Shown here in pieces: positions 9,946 through 19,649 of a DNA stretch of 64,000 nucleotides (positions are counted from its first letter, which is position 1; every line of letters starts with the position of its first letter). The position numbers and the translations under genes were made by a program. Below the pieces are notes generated by a model. It was not told where the DNA came from. It was given only the letters and a program-made list of their open reading frames with translations, and searched no databases. This stretch comes from Candidatus Kerfeldbacteria bacterium RIFCSPLOWO2_02_FULL_42_19 (GTDB taxonomy: Bacteria; Patescibacteriota; Patescibacteriia; HO2-48-17): the NCBI GenBank assembly GCA_001818315.1, contig MHKF01000012.1:128080-192079 (forward strand), written 5' to 3'.

Positions 9946-10186
9946 GTTTCTTCTCCTTGCAGTTTTAGTTCCTACATTACTTGCAGTCTGTAGGAACTTG
10001 GTTGAAAAATTCTAGATTCAGAATTTATTCCGATAGGCAGGGCTGGCGGTTTGTGATTTTTTTCTCACAGACTGCCGGAAAAAGGTTCAATAAAAAGCTC
10101 TTTTCTAGCAGTCTGTGCACGTCCGGTTTTTCTCTTTCTTTTGAGTATTTTCTAGCGGTTGTATTGCTGTATTTTCTTTCCTTCAT

Positions 10187-10236
10187 TTTTCAAAGAACGT
10201 CACCAAAAGCGTAGTCATAAACATTGTCTTTGTCAA
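10187..10236 (-). promoter_or_regulatory. Sigma70-type promoter followed by a boxA-like element, for the 947-aa gene
   Basis: Minus strand TTGACA-17 nt-TACGCT (10236-10208), then GTTCTTTGAAAA (10198-10187). Confidence 0.55.
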
Positions 10237-10537
10237 TGTATATTTACAGTTTTTGGAAACAATTGAGTAAATCATGTATTGAAATTTTTGTCAATTTCGC
10301 ACAAAATTGAAAAAAGCGAATAGAAAAAACTTTTGTGAGAAATATCTGAAGGATATCATGACTTTCGCTTATGTTCCTCACTGGAGCAATCCTATTCGCT
10401 TTTTTTGAAAAAGGCTACTACCCGTCGGAATCCGAATCACTTCCTGCAAGAAGAAGAATCGGACGCGTAACATTACAAAAATAGTATACTTTGCCTTTGC
10501 TTTTTCGTCAAAAGCGGGTTGTGATATAGTAACATAT

Positions 10538-12337
10538 ATGGATCAAGTCGCAGAAATCAAACGTCGACTCAACATTATCGACCTCGTGCAGGAATACGTT
10601 CCGATCAAAAAAGTCGGTACGAATTGGAAGGCGCGGTGCCCTTTTCATCAAGAAAAGACGCCGTCGTTTATGGTTTCCGAAGATAAACAAATCTGGCACT
10701 GCTTTGGCTGCAATGAAGGAGGGGATATGTTTCGTTTTTTACAAAAAATAGAAGGTTTGGAATTTCCGGAGGCGCTCCGCATTTTGGCTGCGAAAGCGCA
10801 TGTGACCCTTTCGCGTTGGGATCCGAAGATGCATACGCAACGAACGCGACTCCTTGAGGTGTTGACAGAAGCAGCGCGTTGGTATCATGAGACCTTACTT
10901 TCTGCTCCAGAGGCGGTGCGCGCCCGCGCGTATGCGCGAGAGCGAGGAATGACACGTGAGACGGTTGAAGATTTTTATCTTGGATATGCGAAAGAGACGA
11001 GGCAGACACTTTCGCAACATATGCTTACGAAGCGTTTTTCGGTACAGGATCTGATTGACGCTGGACTCCTCGTCAAAAATGATCATGGCGAGACGTACGA
11101 TCGTTTTCGTGGGCGGTTGATATTCACACTTTATGATTTGCAGGGAGAAGTCGTTGGATTTGCGGGACGTCTTTTAACACAGCGCACTGATCTTGCAAAG
11201 TATGTGAATTCGCCGGAAACTCCGGTGTATCACAAGAGTCGGTTTGTATATCATTTACATCGCGCGAAGCATGAGATTCGGGCGAAAGATGCTGTGATTG
11301 TGATGGAGGGATACATGGATGTGATTACTGCGTATCAGGCCGGAATTAAAAATGTTGTTGCGAGTTCGGGCACCGCACTGACGCGCGAGCAGATTCATTT
11401 GCTTGGGCGATACACAAAGAATATATTTTTTGCGTTTGATACGGATGCTGCTGGGAAAGAAGCTACGAAGCGCGCAGTGATTCCAGCGCTTGCTGCGGAT
11501 ATGCGTGCGCGTGTTGTCCTCACGCGCGGCGGAAAAGATCCGGACGAAGCAATTCGTAAGGATCGCGATGCGTTTTTGCACGCTGTTGAATCCGCTCCCG
11601 CGTTTATGGATTATTTTTGCGATACTCTCGCTTCTACGTACGATCCTTCCACCGTTGATGGAAAGAAACAGTACGCGCAGGAAATACTCTCGCTTTTGGT
11701 TCATCTTCCTGATATGGTAGAGCAACAACATTACCTTCAAGCGCTTGCTGAACGAGTGCATGTGGACGAGCGTATTTTGTACGAAAAATTTATTCACTTC
11801 GCAGCACGTGCCAACACTGTGGCTGGTTCGACTCCACAAACTTCGAGTGTTATTCCATCTGCGCAAATTTCTGCGCAGTCTCAGCTACTTCGTACCCCCA
11901 ATGTATTACTCGAGCGGCTCTTTGCTTGTATCTTCGCATTTCCAAAAACATTTCCCTTTATTATTGATCACCTTGATCCCGAATGGATGCGCGTCGGGGT
12001 TTTTCAAGAACTTTACAAGCGATTGATTATTTATTATACTCATCATCAAGATGTACAGTGGAAACAGATCGTGGACAATGTTTTAACTCCTGAAGATACT
12101 GAGCGATTTTCTCGTATGATTGTCGAGAGTCAAGAACTACTTTTGCAAGACGAACGTGTTATCATGCTTGAAATCGAACAGATTATTGCTCGCCTGCATA
12201 GGAATTATATTTTGGAACAACTTACTTCTCTTAAGCAAGATATTGCCGCGGCTGAACAGCGTAGGGAGACACAGAAACTTTCGGAACTTACGCATTTGCT
12301 TCGTGATTATACACAAAAACTTCATCAACTTTCTTAA
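10538..12337 (+). CDS. dnaG: DNA primase
   Basis: CPFH...CFGC zinc finger, [14 protein letters not shown] motifs EGYMD and FDTDAAG. Confidence 0.97.
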   Translation: MDQVAEIKRRLNIIDLVQEYVPIKKVGTNWKARCPFHQEKTPSFMVSEDKQIWHCFGCNEGGDMFRFLQKIEGLEFPEALRILAAKAHVTLSRWDPKMHTQRTRLLEVLTEAARWYHETLLSAPEAVRARAYARERGMTRETVEDFYLGYAKETRQTLSQHMLTKRFSVQDLIDAGLLVKNDHGETYDRFRGRLIFTLYDLQGEVVGFAGRLLTQRTDLAKYVNSPETPVYHKSRFVYHLHRAKHEIRAKDAVIVMEGYMDVITAYQAGIKNVVASSGTALTREQIHLLGRYTKNIFFAFDTDAAGKEATKRAVIPALAADMRARVVLTRGGKDPDEAIRKDRDAFLHAVESAPAFMDYFCDTLASTYDPSTVDGKKQYAQEILSLLVHLPDMVEQQHYLQALAERVHVDERILYEKFIHFAARANTVAGSTPQTSSVIPSAQISAQSQLLRTPNVLLERLFACIFAFPKTFPFIIDHLDPEWMRVGVFQELYKRLIIYYTHHQDVQWKQIVDNVLTPEDTERFSRMIVESQELLLQDERVIMLEIEQIIARLHRNYILEQLTSLKQDIAAAEQRRETQKLSELTHLLRDYTQKLHQLS

Positions 12338-12396
12338 GTCTCAATGAAAGTTTTTCTCGAAAAACTTGCTCTTTTATTTTTTGTTTAATTTTTTGT

Positions 12397-13761
12397 ATGC
12401 CAAGAACGCGCACACGTTTACGTGTCCATCGTAATAAAATTGTAAAAAAAAGTACTCGGGGCAAGCGCAAGCCAGAACCGAAGCGTTCTCGGAAAAAATC
12501 CGCATTGTCTTCGGTGCGTAAAAAATCTCATAACATTCGTCGATCAAAACATAATGCCTCAGCTCATGGCGCTCCAGGTCGCAAACCTCAGAAGCGAATC
12601 GGTTTGTCAACTGGAAAATCTCCTTTAAAAGCTCTCGGATTTTTACATCCGCCAGTGCCGCCGCGGGGATATACACCAACTTCGTGGCCGGAATCTGAAG
12701 CTCAGAAATTGTTTGCTAAGGGACAGATGCGCAGCTTTTTGACTGAAGATGAAATTTTACATACATTTCCTTTTATTGAAGATTATTTGCATGAATACGA
12801 ACATTTTTTGGGGCAACTCGAATACGGCGGAGTCGCCATTCGTGAGACAACGGGAAGTATTCTTGGACAACAACTCGCACCGCAAAACGAAACCCGGAAG
12901 CAGGTTTCTGATCGTAAGCCGTTCGATTTGGGTGACATTTCGAATGATTCTATTCAAATGTATTTGCGCGAGATTGGGAAAGTACCTCTTTTAAACAGTG
13001 AGGAAGAAATTCGACTTGCGAAACTCAAAGAAAGAGGGGAGCCGGACGCTAAACGGAAAATGATTGAAGCGAATTTGCGTCTCGTCGTAAGTATTGCAAA
13101 GAAGTTTACTGGCAGATCGCTTTCGCTTTTAGATCTCATTCAAGAGGGGAATGTTGGTTTGTTTCGCGCCGTGGAAAAGTTTGACTATCGGAAGGGGTAT
13201 AAATTTTCGACGTATGCGACCTGGTGGATTCGGCAGGCGATTACGCGTTCACTTGCAGATCAATCGCGCACGATTCGTATTCCGGTCCACATGGTCGAGA
13301 CGATTAATAAGTTTCAGCAGATAGAAAGGCAATTGATTCAAAGTCTTGGACGCGAGCCGCTGCCCGAAGAAATTGCCACTGAGATGGGCTTGCCGATCGA
13401 AAAAGTATTTCAGATTATAAAAATTTCGCAGGACACAGTTTCACTCGAAACGACTGTTGGAGATGATGATGAAGATTCAACGCTTGGGGATTTTATTGAA
13501 GATGCGAAGAGCGTGACACCGGATCGTGCAGCGGCTTTGGAGCTTTTGCGAGATCATGTGCGTGATGTGATTCGTGATTTAGTGCCCCGTGAACAAAAAA
13601 TTCTTGAGATGCGTTTTGGATTGCTCGACGGTGTTGCTCATACGCTCGAGGAAGTTGGTCAAGAGTTTGGTGTTACTCGAGAGCGTATCCGTCAGATTGA
13701 AGCAAAGTCACTGGAGCGCATCAAGCAACATGTCTCTATGAAAAAGCTTCAGGATTATTAG
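12397..13761 (+). CDS. rpoD: Primary sigma factor RpoD with a basic N-terminal extension
   Basis: Regions 1.2 (MYLREIG), 2 ([28 protein letters not shown]), 3 and 4 ([20 protein letters not shown]); lies downstream of dnaG. Confidence 0.97.
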   Translation: MPRTRTRLRVHRNKIVKKSTRGKRKPEPKRSRKKSALSSVRKKSHNIRRSKHNASAHGAPGRKPQKRIGLSTGKSPLKALGFLHPPVPPRGYTPTSWPESEAQKLFAKGQMRSFLTEDEILHTFPFIEDYLHEYEHFLGQLEYGGVAIRETTGSILGQQLAPQNETRKQVSDRKPFDLGDISNDSIQMYLREIGKVPLLNSEEEIRLAKLKERGEPDAKRKMIEANLRLVVSIAKKFTGRSLSLLDLIQEGNVGLFRAVEKFDYRKGYKFSTYATWWIRQAITRSLADQSRTIRIPVHMVETINKFQQIERQLIQSLGREPLPEEIATEMGLPIEKVFQIIKISQDTVSLETTVGDDDEDSTLGDFIEDAKSVTPDRAAALELLRDHVRDVIRDLVPREQKILEMRFGLLDGVAHTLEEVGQEFGVTRERIRQIEAKSLERIKQHVSMKKLQDY

Positions 13762-13825
13762 TTAAAAATTTTTTTACAAGACACTTCGTTTCACATTATA
13801 AGAAAATTTAAAAGTTTTATGAGAT

Positions 13826-13926
13826 AATTTCCAAAAGAGAGGAGGGGAAAACTATAGCTTTCGAAGCACTCACAATGCACAGTGTGCTGAGAAAGTTTTG
13901 TTTTCCCCTCCTCTCTTTTGGAAATT
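13826..13926. repeat. Fold-back element, family I, copy 1
   Basis: Perfect 27-bp arms around GCTTTCGAAGCAC-TCACAATGCACAGT-GTGCTGAGAAAG. Confidence 0.9.
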
Positions 13927-13986
13927 GCCTTCAATTCGTTGCAAATGTTGATTTTGGACACACGACACCACAAATAACATTTCCGG

Positions 13987-14745
13987 TTATACGGAATGTG
14001 TCGCTTTTAGCATTTTCCAGACGAACAGGAAAAATTGTTGAAACATCTCGACAATACTTGACGACTCGATGATCACGCAGTAGGGGTCGTCTTCTTGCAA
14101 CGAGAAAAACGCCATCGCGTTTCCATAGATTGTGACCGAACAGGCAAATGGAAATTCATCAGGCAAGTATCTCACTTCCCTCAATTTATTTGAGTCTAAA
14201 TAATCATGAGCGGCATAAGGAAGGATAAGTTTTGTAAAGACGCCCATTTCCTCCCGATTCTTCAGCCAGTTTGGGAAATATTTTGGAAGGTACTTTAACA
14301 GATCCGGCTGGGATGTCGCGTAGATCTGTTTGATTTTCCTCTCTCGCAATGTTTCCAAAATATGCTCCAGACCAGTTTTGATTCCATCTAACCCGACATA
14401 GATTTTAGCTACTGGTACGTTTATGCTCCGCGGAATAATCGCTTGGAGTTGCGGCATGATCTCATTGATTGCCTCTTCTTTCTCCTTCAACTGGTTTACG
14501 AATTGATTTGTGCTTTCCGGCGTGAAGTAGGCTACGTTGTTTTTCCGTATTCGTGAGACAAATCCCTGTTGTTGCAAAGATTCGAGCGTGAGATAGACCG
14601 TAGTGCGGGGGATTCCTGTCTCTTTGGCGATTTCAAATGCCGTAGTTTCGACCTGTTTCAATAAAAAAATATAGATTACAGCTTCATTTTGGGTCAGGCC
14701 GTAGAGCCTCAACGCGTGAATTATATCCTTATTGTCGTTTTTCAT
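13987..14745 (-). CDS. TrmB-family transcriptional regulator
   Basis: GLTQNEA.IY.FLL...IAKETGIPRTTVY..LESL...GFV winged HTH plus a C-terminal effector-like domain. Confidence 0.88.
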   Translation of the reverse strand: MKNDNKDIIHALRLYGLTQNEAVIYIFLLKQVETTAFEIAKETGIPRTTVYLTLESLQQQGFVSRIRKNNVAYFTPESTNQFVNQLKEKEEAINEIMPQLQAIIPRSINVPVAKIYVGLDGIKTGLEHILETLRERKIKQIYATSQPDLLKYLPKYFPNWLKNREEMGVFTKLILPYAAHDYLDSNKLREVRYLPDEFPFACSVTIYGNAMAFFSLQEDDPYCVIIESSSIVEMFQQFFLFVWKMLKATHSV

Positions 14746-14934
14746 GACAACAGTATAATAGCATATTTTTCTCTATTTTGCAATCTATTCTGTTATGCTG
14801 TTATTATTATGAGTCAAATTCTATGACTATTGATATTCATGCGTGTATCCTGTCTATAAAATTAAAGAATGATCCAAAAGTTCTTTCTTTAAGAAGGGGA
14901 ATCATGATTGTTTATCAGAAAAAGGAGCAATGAG

Positions 14935-15429
14935 ATGAATATCAATGAGCTTATCGATCAACTTGCGAAGCAAAACATGAGTGAACACTTCACGGCTAGT
15001 GTGGCGTACGGGTTTATGCGTGGGAAAACCCTGGAGATTGATCAAGCCCTGAAAAATGCCAACGAGGAAGATCGATTCTCCCTCGCCGTTAACCTCTTCC
15101 GTCTTTGGTTCGAGGCAGGCATGTGCCGCGAGCAGGAGCGATTAGAAGAAGCTAAGAGTGTCTTCGGTGAGATCTTCGAGAAGCACGGAGGCAGGTACGT
15201 GATGTATACGCTCACCGCCGATCGCAAACAGCTCCGCGTGTGGTACGGTCGTCCCGCTTGCATGGCACCCGACCACGTCGACAGTTGCGGACATAACCTG
15301 CTGTTCGGAGTCTATGGACATCCTGAGGTCGTACAACGGTACCTCAAAGCGTTTCGCGAGATACACAATCTCGACGAGATTCGGGTACCAAATGGCGTAT
15401 TGCTCTACATGCATTGGTCTGACCGCTAG
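14935..15429 (+). CDS. Hypothetical protein
   Basis: AAGGAG precedes ATG 14935; the ORF is followed by hairpins and a terminator. Confidence 0.7.
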   Translation: MNINELIDQLAKQNMSEHFTASVAYGFMRGKTLEIDQALKNANEEDRFSLAVNLFRLWFEAGMCREQERLEEAKSVFGEIFEKHGGRYVMYTLTADRKQLRVWYGRPACMAPDHVDSCGHNLLFGVYGHPEVVQRYLKAFREIHNLDEIRVPNGVLLYMHWSDR

Positions 15430-15525
15430 TACCTTGGTCTTTGAACGCCCGCCGTTTATATAAAGGGTCTGTCGCCGAATACCATTTCTGTAAACGGCGA
15501 TAGACCCATAAACGGCGATAGTAAC

Positions 15526-15565
15526 AACCCGCTATGTCCTTTGGATCTTAGCGGGTTCTTTTTTT
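15526..15565 (+). terminator. Intrinsic terminator
   Basis: AACCCGCTA...TAGCGGGTT stem followed by a T run. Confidence 0.65.
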
Positions 15566-15589
15566 CAAAATTGAGGGTTCATCAAATAC

Positions 15590-16384
15590 CTATCTTTTGG
15601 TGAATAAACTGAATATGAAAAAGATGAGGGCGATGATAACAATCGTGCCGCCAGGAGCAAGGTCGAGGAAGTAAGAAAGTACGAGGCCGGTGATCGTTGC
15701 TGTGAGCGAAAGTAGAATGGCAATTAAGAATGTCTGTCTAAAACTCCTTCCAAATTGGATAGCGGTTGTAACTGGAATCACCATAAGGGCGCCAATTAAG
15801 AGTATGCCAACAATTCGCATAGCCAGTGCTACTGCAATGCCGGCGAGCATCACCAGCAATGTATTGAAAGTTTTTGTTGGAAGCCCTTCTGCATACGCGA
15901 GTTCCTCATCAAAAGTTACGAGAAAGAATTCTTTGTAAAAAATGAGAATGACAGTAAGCGCAACAATGCCAAGGATAATAATGATGGCGACTTCATGCGG
16001 TGCGACGGTCGCAATACTTCCAAAGAGAAAACTCGCGAGATCGGTATTAACACCGTGACCGAGATTCACAAGTACTATCGCTATCGCGAGACTGCCAGAA
16101 AGAAAGAGCGCGAGTACTGCTTCGCTTAAAATTTTTTTATTTTGTCGAATCTGTTCTATCCCGAGCGCTGCGACGATTGTTATGACGACTGCTGCGATGA
16201 CGGGATTGATATTCAATAGTAAGCCAAGAGCAACGCCAACAAGTGCAATATGAGCGAGTGTATCGGCCATATACGCATATCTGCGCATCACAAGAAACGT
16301 TCCGATCATCGGAGCGATCAATGCAATCGCTATGCCCGCAGCGAGCGCCCGTATCATGAAATCATATTGTAGGAAATCGATCAT
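15590..16384 (-). CDS. znuB: Zn/Mn ABC transporter permease (ZnuB-like)
   Basis: DTLAH, FLFGSI, FDEE.A...G and VG.LL..AL..IP motifs. Confidence 0.9.
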   Translation of the reverse strand: MIDFLQYDFMIRALAAGIAIALIAPMIGTFLVMRRYAYMADTLAHIALVGVALGLLLNINPVIAAVVITIVAALGIEQIRQNKKILSEAVLALFLSGSLAIAIVLVNLGHGVNTDLASFLFGSIATVAPHEVAIIIILGIVALTVILIFYKEFFLVTFDEELAYAEGLPTKTFNTLLVMLAGIAVALAMRIVGILLIGALMVIPVTTAIQFGRSFRQTFLIAILLSLTATITGLVLSYFLDLAPGGTIVIIALIFFIFSLFTKR

Positions 16385-16420
16385 AATGTTGTATGAAGAT
16401 CAAAAGGTTGGATTTTGCAC

Positions 16421-17194
16421 TTACGAGTATTTTTCAAGTGCTTCATGTTCGTGCGTCACTGGCTTAGCTGTTTTTTCGTAGAATTGTTCTACATATTCTT
16501 TTTTGTTAAATGATCGTGACGGTAACTGGCACATGAGTGTTTTATTCAAACAAAGGATCGTTTCGACTTGTTCAGCTACGACATCAATATCGTGAGAAAC
16601 CAGAAGAATCGTGATGCCAAATTTTTTGTTGAGTGTGTTCAATAAAGTATAGAAAGTTTTTTGCGCTTTGATGTCCACTCCAATTGTTGGTTCGTCGAGA
16701 ATGAGTATTTTTGGTTCGCGAGCAAGAGCGCGAGCAATGAATACCCGCTGACGTTCACCGCCTGATAGAGTTCCGATCAGTCGCTTTTGAAGATGCGTGA
16801 CGTTGGTGAGCGCCATACTTTGCTCAATGATTTTTTTGTCTTGGCGAGTTTGCCAATGAAAAACGCCACGTCTTGCTGTGCGGCCGCTCGCAACAATTTC
16901 CCACACCGTTGCTGGAAATTTTTTTTCAATGTCTGCCATTTTCTGCGGCACGTATCCCATTTCAAAATGTTTTTTCGCTGTTTTAATATCGTGACCAAAA
17001 ATAGAAATAGTACCAGCGTTCGGTTTAAGAAGTCCAAGAATAAGTTTCAGGAGCGTCGTCTTACCGCCGCCGTTAGGTCCGATAATTCCAACATATGCTC
17101 CTCTGGGTATCTGGAAAGAAAGATGTTCTAGAATCGTTGTTTGAAGGTATTGAAATGAGACGTCATTGAATTCAATACAGTGAATCGTGTGCAT
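16421..17194 (-). CDS. znuC: Zn/Mn ABC transporter ATP-binding protein (ZnuC-like)
   Basis: GPNGGGKT, GYVPQ, LSGGERQR, LDEPT and VSHD motifs; His-containing tail. Confidence 0.9.
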   Translation of the reverse strand: MHTIHCIEFNDVSFQYLQTTILEHLSFQIPRGAYVGIIGPNGGGKTTLLKLILGLLKPNAGTISIFGHDIKTAKKHFEMGYVPQKMADIEKKFPATVWEIVASGRTARRGVFHWQTRQDKKIIEQSMALTNVTHLQKRLIGTLSGGERQRVFIARALAREPKILILDEPTIGVDIKAQKTFYTLLNTLNKKFGITILLVSHDIDVVAEQVETILCLNKTLMCQLPSRSFNKKEYVEQFYEKTAKPVTHEHEALEKYS

Positions 17195-17350
17195 ACAATT
17201 TTGAAAAAAACCTTCGAGAACTCCGTGTCACCGGGGATATCAAGCAGGGTGCCAGAGTTCTTGAAGGCTGTGAAAAAAGTAATTTATGTTTTCATTGTAA
17301 CTTATCTTACTCAAAAAGCAAGTGTAATTCTTTTTCATTATTTTTTTGGA

Positions 17351-17713
17351 TTACGCAATGAGTTGATGAATCAGACTTACGAATTTGAGCCATTCTGCAG
17401 TGTTTTCCATGAGTATTATATGACCTTGTGTTGTAATGGCGTATTCTTTTTTTCGTGGGCCACGTTTTGATCGTTTCCATTGTGCCTCGATGAGTTTTTG
17501 CTTTTCAAGTTTGTGCAGGAGCGGGTAGAGCATGCCAGGTGAACATTTTAAAGCGCCGTTTGAATGAGTGCGTATCCAGTGACGGAGATAATACCCGTGC
17601 ATGGGTTGCTCTCTCAGCGCTGAAAGGATAATCGTTTCTGTTGTGCCTTTGAGGAGCTCTTTATGATTGAGTGTTATGTGCGGTAGAGAGCGAGGTTCGT
17701 CGTTGGATTTCAT
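17351..17713 (-). CDS. PadR-family transcriptional regulator
   Basis: LLKG..E..IL..L...PMHGY, G.LYPLL.KLE and R.K.Y.IT..G motifs. Confidence 0.9.
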   Translation of the reverse strand: MKSNDEPRSLPHITLNHKELLKGTTETIILSALREQPMHGYYLRHWIRTHSNGALKCSPGMLYPLLHKLEKQKLIEAQWKRSKRGPRKKEYAITTQGHIILMENTAEWLKFVSLIHQLIA

Positions 17714-18040
17714 AAAACTTGATTTTTTCCTTGCGCTTTCGAAGCAGGGTTATTCATGGGATGAGTGAAAAATGGTATGTTACCTCTCGATATACCAATT
17801 ATATCTTACTACGATATAGTGTCAAGATTCTTCGAAGTACGAAGTGGCTTTTGTTGAGGATGCATCGAGAATGAGATCGGTTTTTTTTCGTATTTTTATG
17901 GACTGTAAAAGTATTCCCTCTTGAGCCGAAGTTTTTCCGTAATTGACCCACCAAAATTTTTATGGTAATCTTTAGCTGTCTCATGAATGTTTTTGCACAT
18001 TTATAATTTTTATTTTCGTCTTTCAGTACGAAAGACACGA

Positions 18041-18116
18041 TCCGCGGTAGCTCAGTTGGTAGAGCAGTTGGCTGTTAACCAATTGGTCGTGGGTTCGAGT
18101 CCCACCCGCGGAGCCA
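18041..18116 (+). tRNA. tRNA-Asn (GTT)
   Basis: TCCGCGG/CCGCGGA acceptor stem, D-arm GCTCAGTTGGTAGAGC, anticodon loop CTGTTAA, GGTTCGAGTCC, encoded CCA. Confidence 0.97.
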
Positions 18117-18122
18117 TCACTT

Positions 18123-19649
18123 ATGCGTACTACCAAGCGAGTACTCAATATTATTCATATTGCTTCTGAAGTCGATCCGCTTTCTAAGCGCGGCGGTCTT
18201 GCTGATGTCGTTGAATCTTTGCCAAAAGCTCTCAAAGCTCTTGGACATGACGTATGTCTTTTTACTCCGCTCTATGGTTCGATTGATCGACAGCAGTTCC
18301 ATCTTCAGAATATTAAAAATGACATTCCTTTAAAGATCGATGCAACGACTTCCGTAAGTTTTCATATTTGGAAAGGTGAACTTCCTTCTGGTATCACTGT
18401 TTTCTTTATCGATAACCATGAATATTTCGGGCGATACAAAACTATCTATTTAAGCGAAGAAGGTTCTATCGCCGATAATGCCCGTTTTTTATTCTTTGAT
18501 CTTGCGGTGCTTAAGGTTATTATTGAACTTAATCTCAAACCAGATATTTTGCATTGTCATGATTACCAGTCTGGTCTTGTGCCTTATTTTCTCAAATATC
18601 GCTTTCGAAAAAGTAAGTTTTTCAAAAATACTGCAACGGTTTTCACAATACATAATCTCGTCTTTCAACTCGGTCGCAATTGGTGGGAAGTCCCCCCTGA
18701 ACTTAAAGACGACGGTCGATTGAAATTACCTTTGATGACCGCTGTCGATCAAATTTCCGCTATTAATTTTATGAAACGAGCGATCCTCACTGCTGATATG
18801 GTGAATACCGTTTCTGAGCAGTATGCTCTTGAAGTCCTGACGCCTGAAGTCGGTCAGAATCTTTATCGGTTGCTGAATAGCAAATACGATACGGGCCGGT
18901 TTATTGGTATCGTTAACGGCATTGATTACAATGAATACAATCCCGAAACAGACCCCGGCTTGTTTCGGAAGTTTTCCATCGATACATTGCAACTGAAACA
19001 AGAAAATAAAATCGGTCTGCAGAAAATGTTTCGACTGCCGTTGAATCCGTTGATTCCGGTGATCGGGAGTACGAGTCGTATTGCCGAACAAAAAGGTTTT
19101 GATCTCGTGATGCGTGTTGTCGAAACGTTCGCGCATTTGCCGTTGCAACTTATATTGTTTGGTGACGGTGGCCGTGAATATATTTCTTTTTTTAAAAATA
19201 TCGCACGTAGATATCCAAAGAAGATCGCAATCCAGCCTTTTGAAAGTCAGGATGAAACAAAAATTCTTGCGGGTTCCGATATGTTTTTGCTCCCTTCTCG
19301 ATTTGAACCGTGTGGACTTGGACAATTAAAAAGTTTACGATACGGTAGTATTCCCATTGTGCGTGCGACGGGTGGACTCATCGATACCGTAACAAATTAC
19401 GATCCCCGAACGCAGAAAGGAAATGGCTTCGTGTTCCGTAGTTATAATTCCAAACATCTACTGGTCGCTGTTGTTCGTGCTATGGAAAATTTCAAATATG
19501 CAAAGGAATGGAACGCGCTTGTTAAGCGCGGTATGCAACTTTCTTTTTCTTGGGCGCTGCCGGCAAAAAAATATGTCAAACTCTATCGTCATGCACTTCA
19601 TGTGAAAAACGGTAGTGATGCCGTCGATGTGTATAGCGAAAATACATGA
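18123..19649 (+). CDS. glgA: Glycogen synthase (GT5), copy 1
   Basis: KRGGLADV, HCHD, TIHNL, NGID, QKG and PSRFEPCGL motifs. Confidence 0.92.
   Translation: MRTTKRVLNIIHIASEVDPLSKRGGLADVVESLPKALKALGHDVCLFTPLYGSIDRQQFHLQNIKNDIPLKIDATTSVSFHIWKGELPSGITVFFIDNHEYFGRYKTIYLSEEGSIADNARFLFFDLAVLKVIIELNLKPDILHCHDYQSGLVPYFLKYRFRKSKFFKNTATVFTIHNLVFQLGRNWWEVPPELKDDGRLKLPLMTAVDQISAINFMKRAILTADMVNTVSEQYALEVLTPEVGQNLYRLLNSKYDTGRFIGIVNGIDYNEYNPETDPGLFRKFSIDTLQLKQENKIGLQKMFRLPLNPLIPVIGSTSRIAEQKGFDLVMRVVETFAHLPLQLILFGDGGREYISFFKNIARRYPKKIAIQPFESQDETKILAGSDMFLLPSRFEPCGLGQLKSLRYGSIPIVRATGGLIDTVTNYDPRTQKGNGFVFRSYNSKHLLVAVVRAMENFKYAKEWNALVKRGMQLSFSWALPAKKYVKLYRHALHVKNGSDAVDVYSENT

Noticed and set aside
15559-17210. 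15-bp inverted repeat TTTTTTTCAAAATTG flanking znuBC as transposon ends
   Set aside because: Low complexity, both copies are T-tails of hairpins, and there is no transposase or target duplication.
17735-17746. GCTTTCGAAGCA upstream of padR as a fifth family I copy
   Set aside because: Only a 12-nt half core, without the loop, second half or long arms; may be chance.
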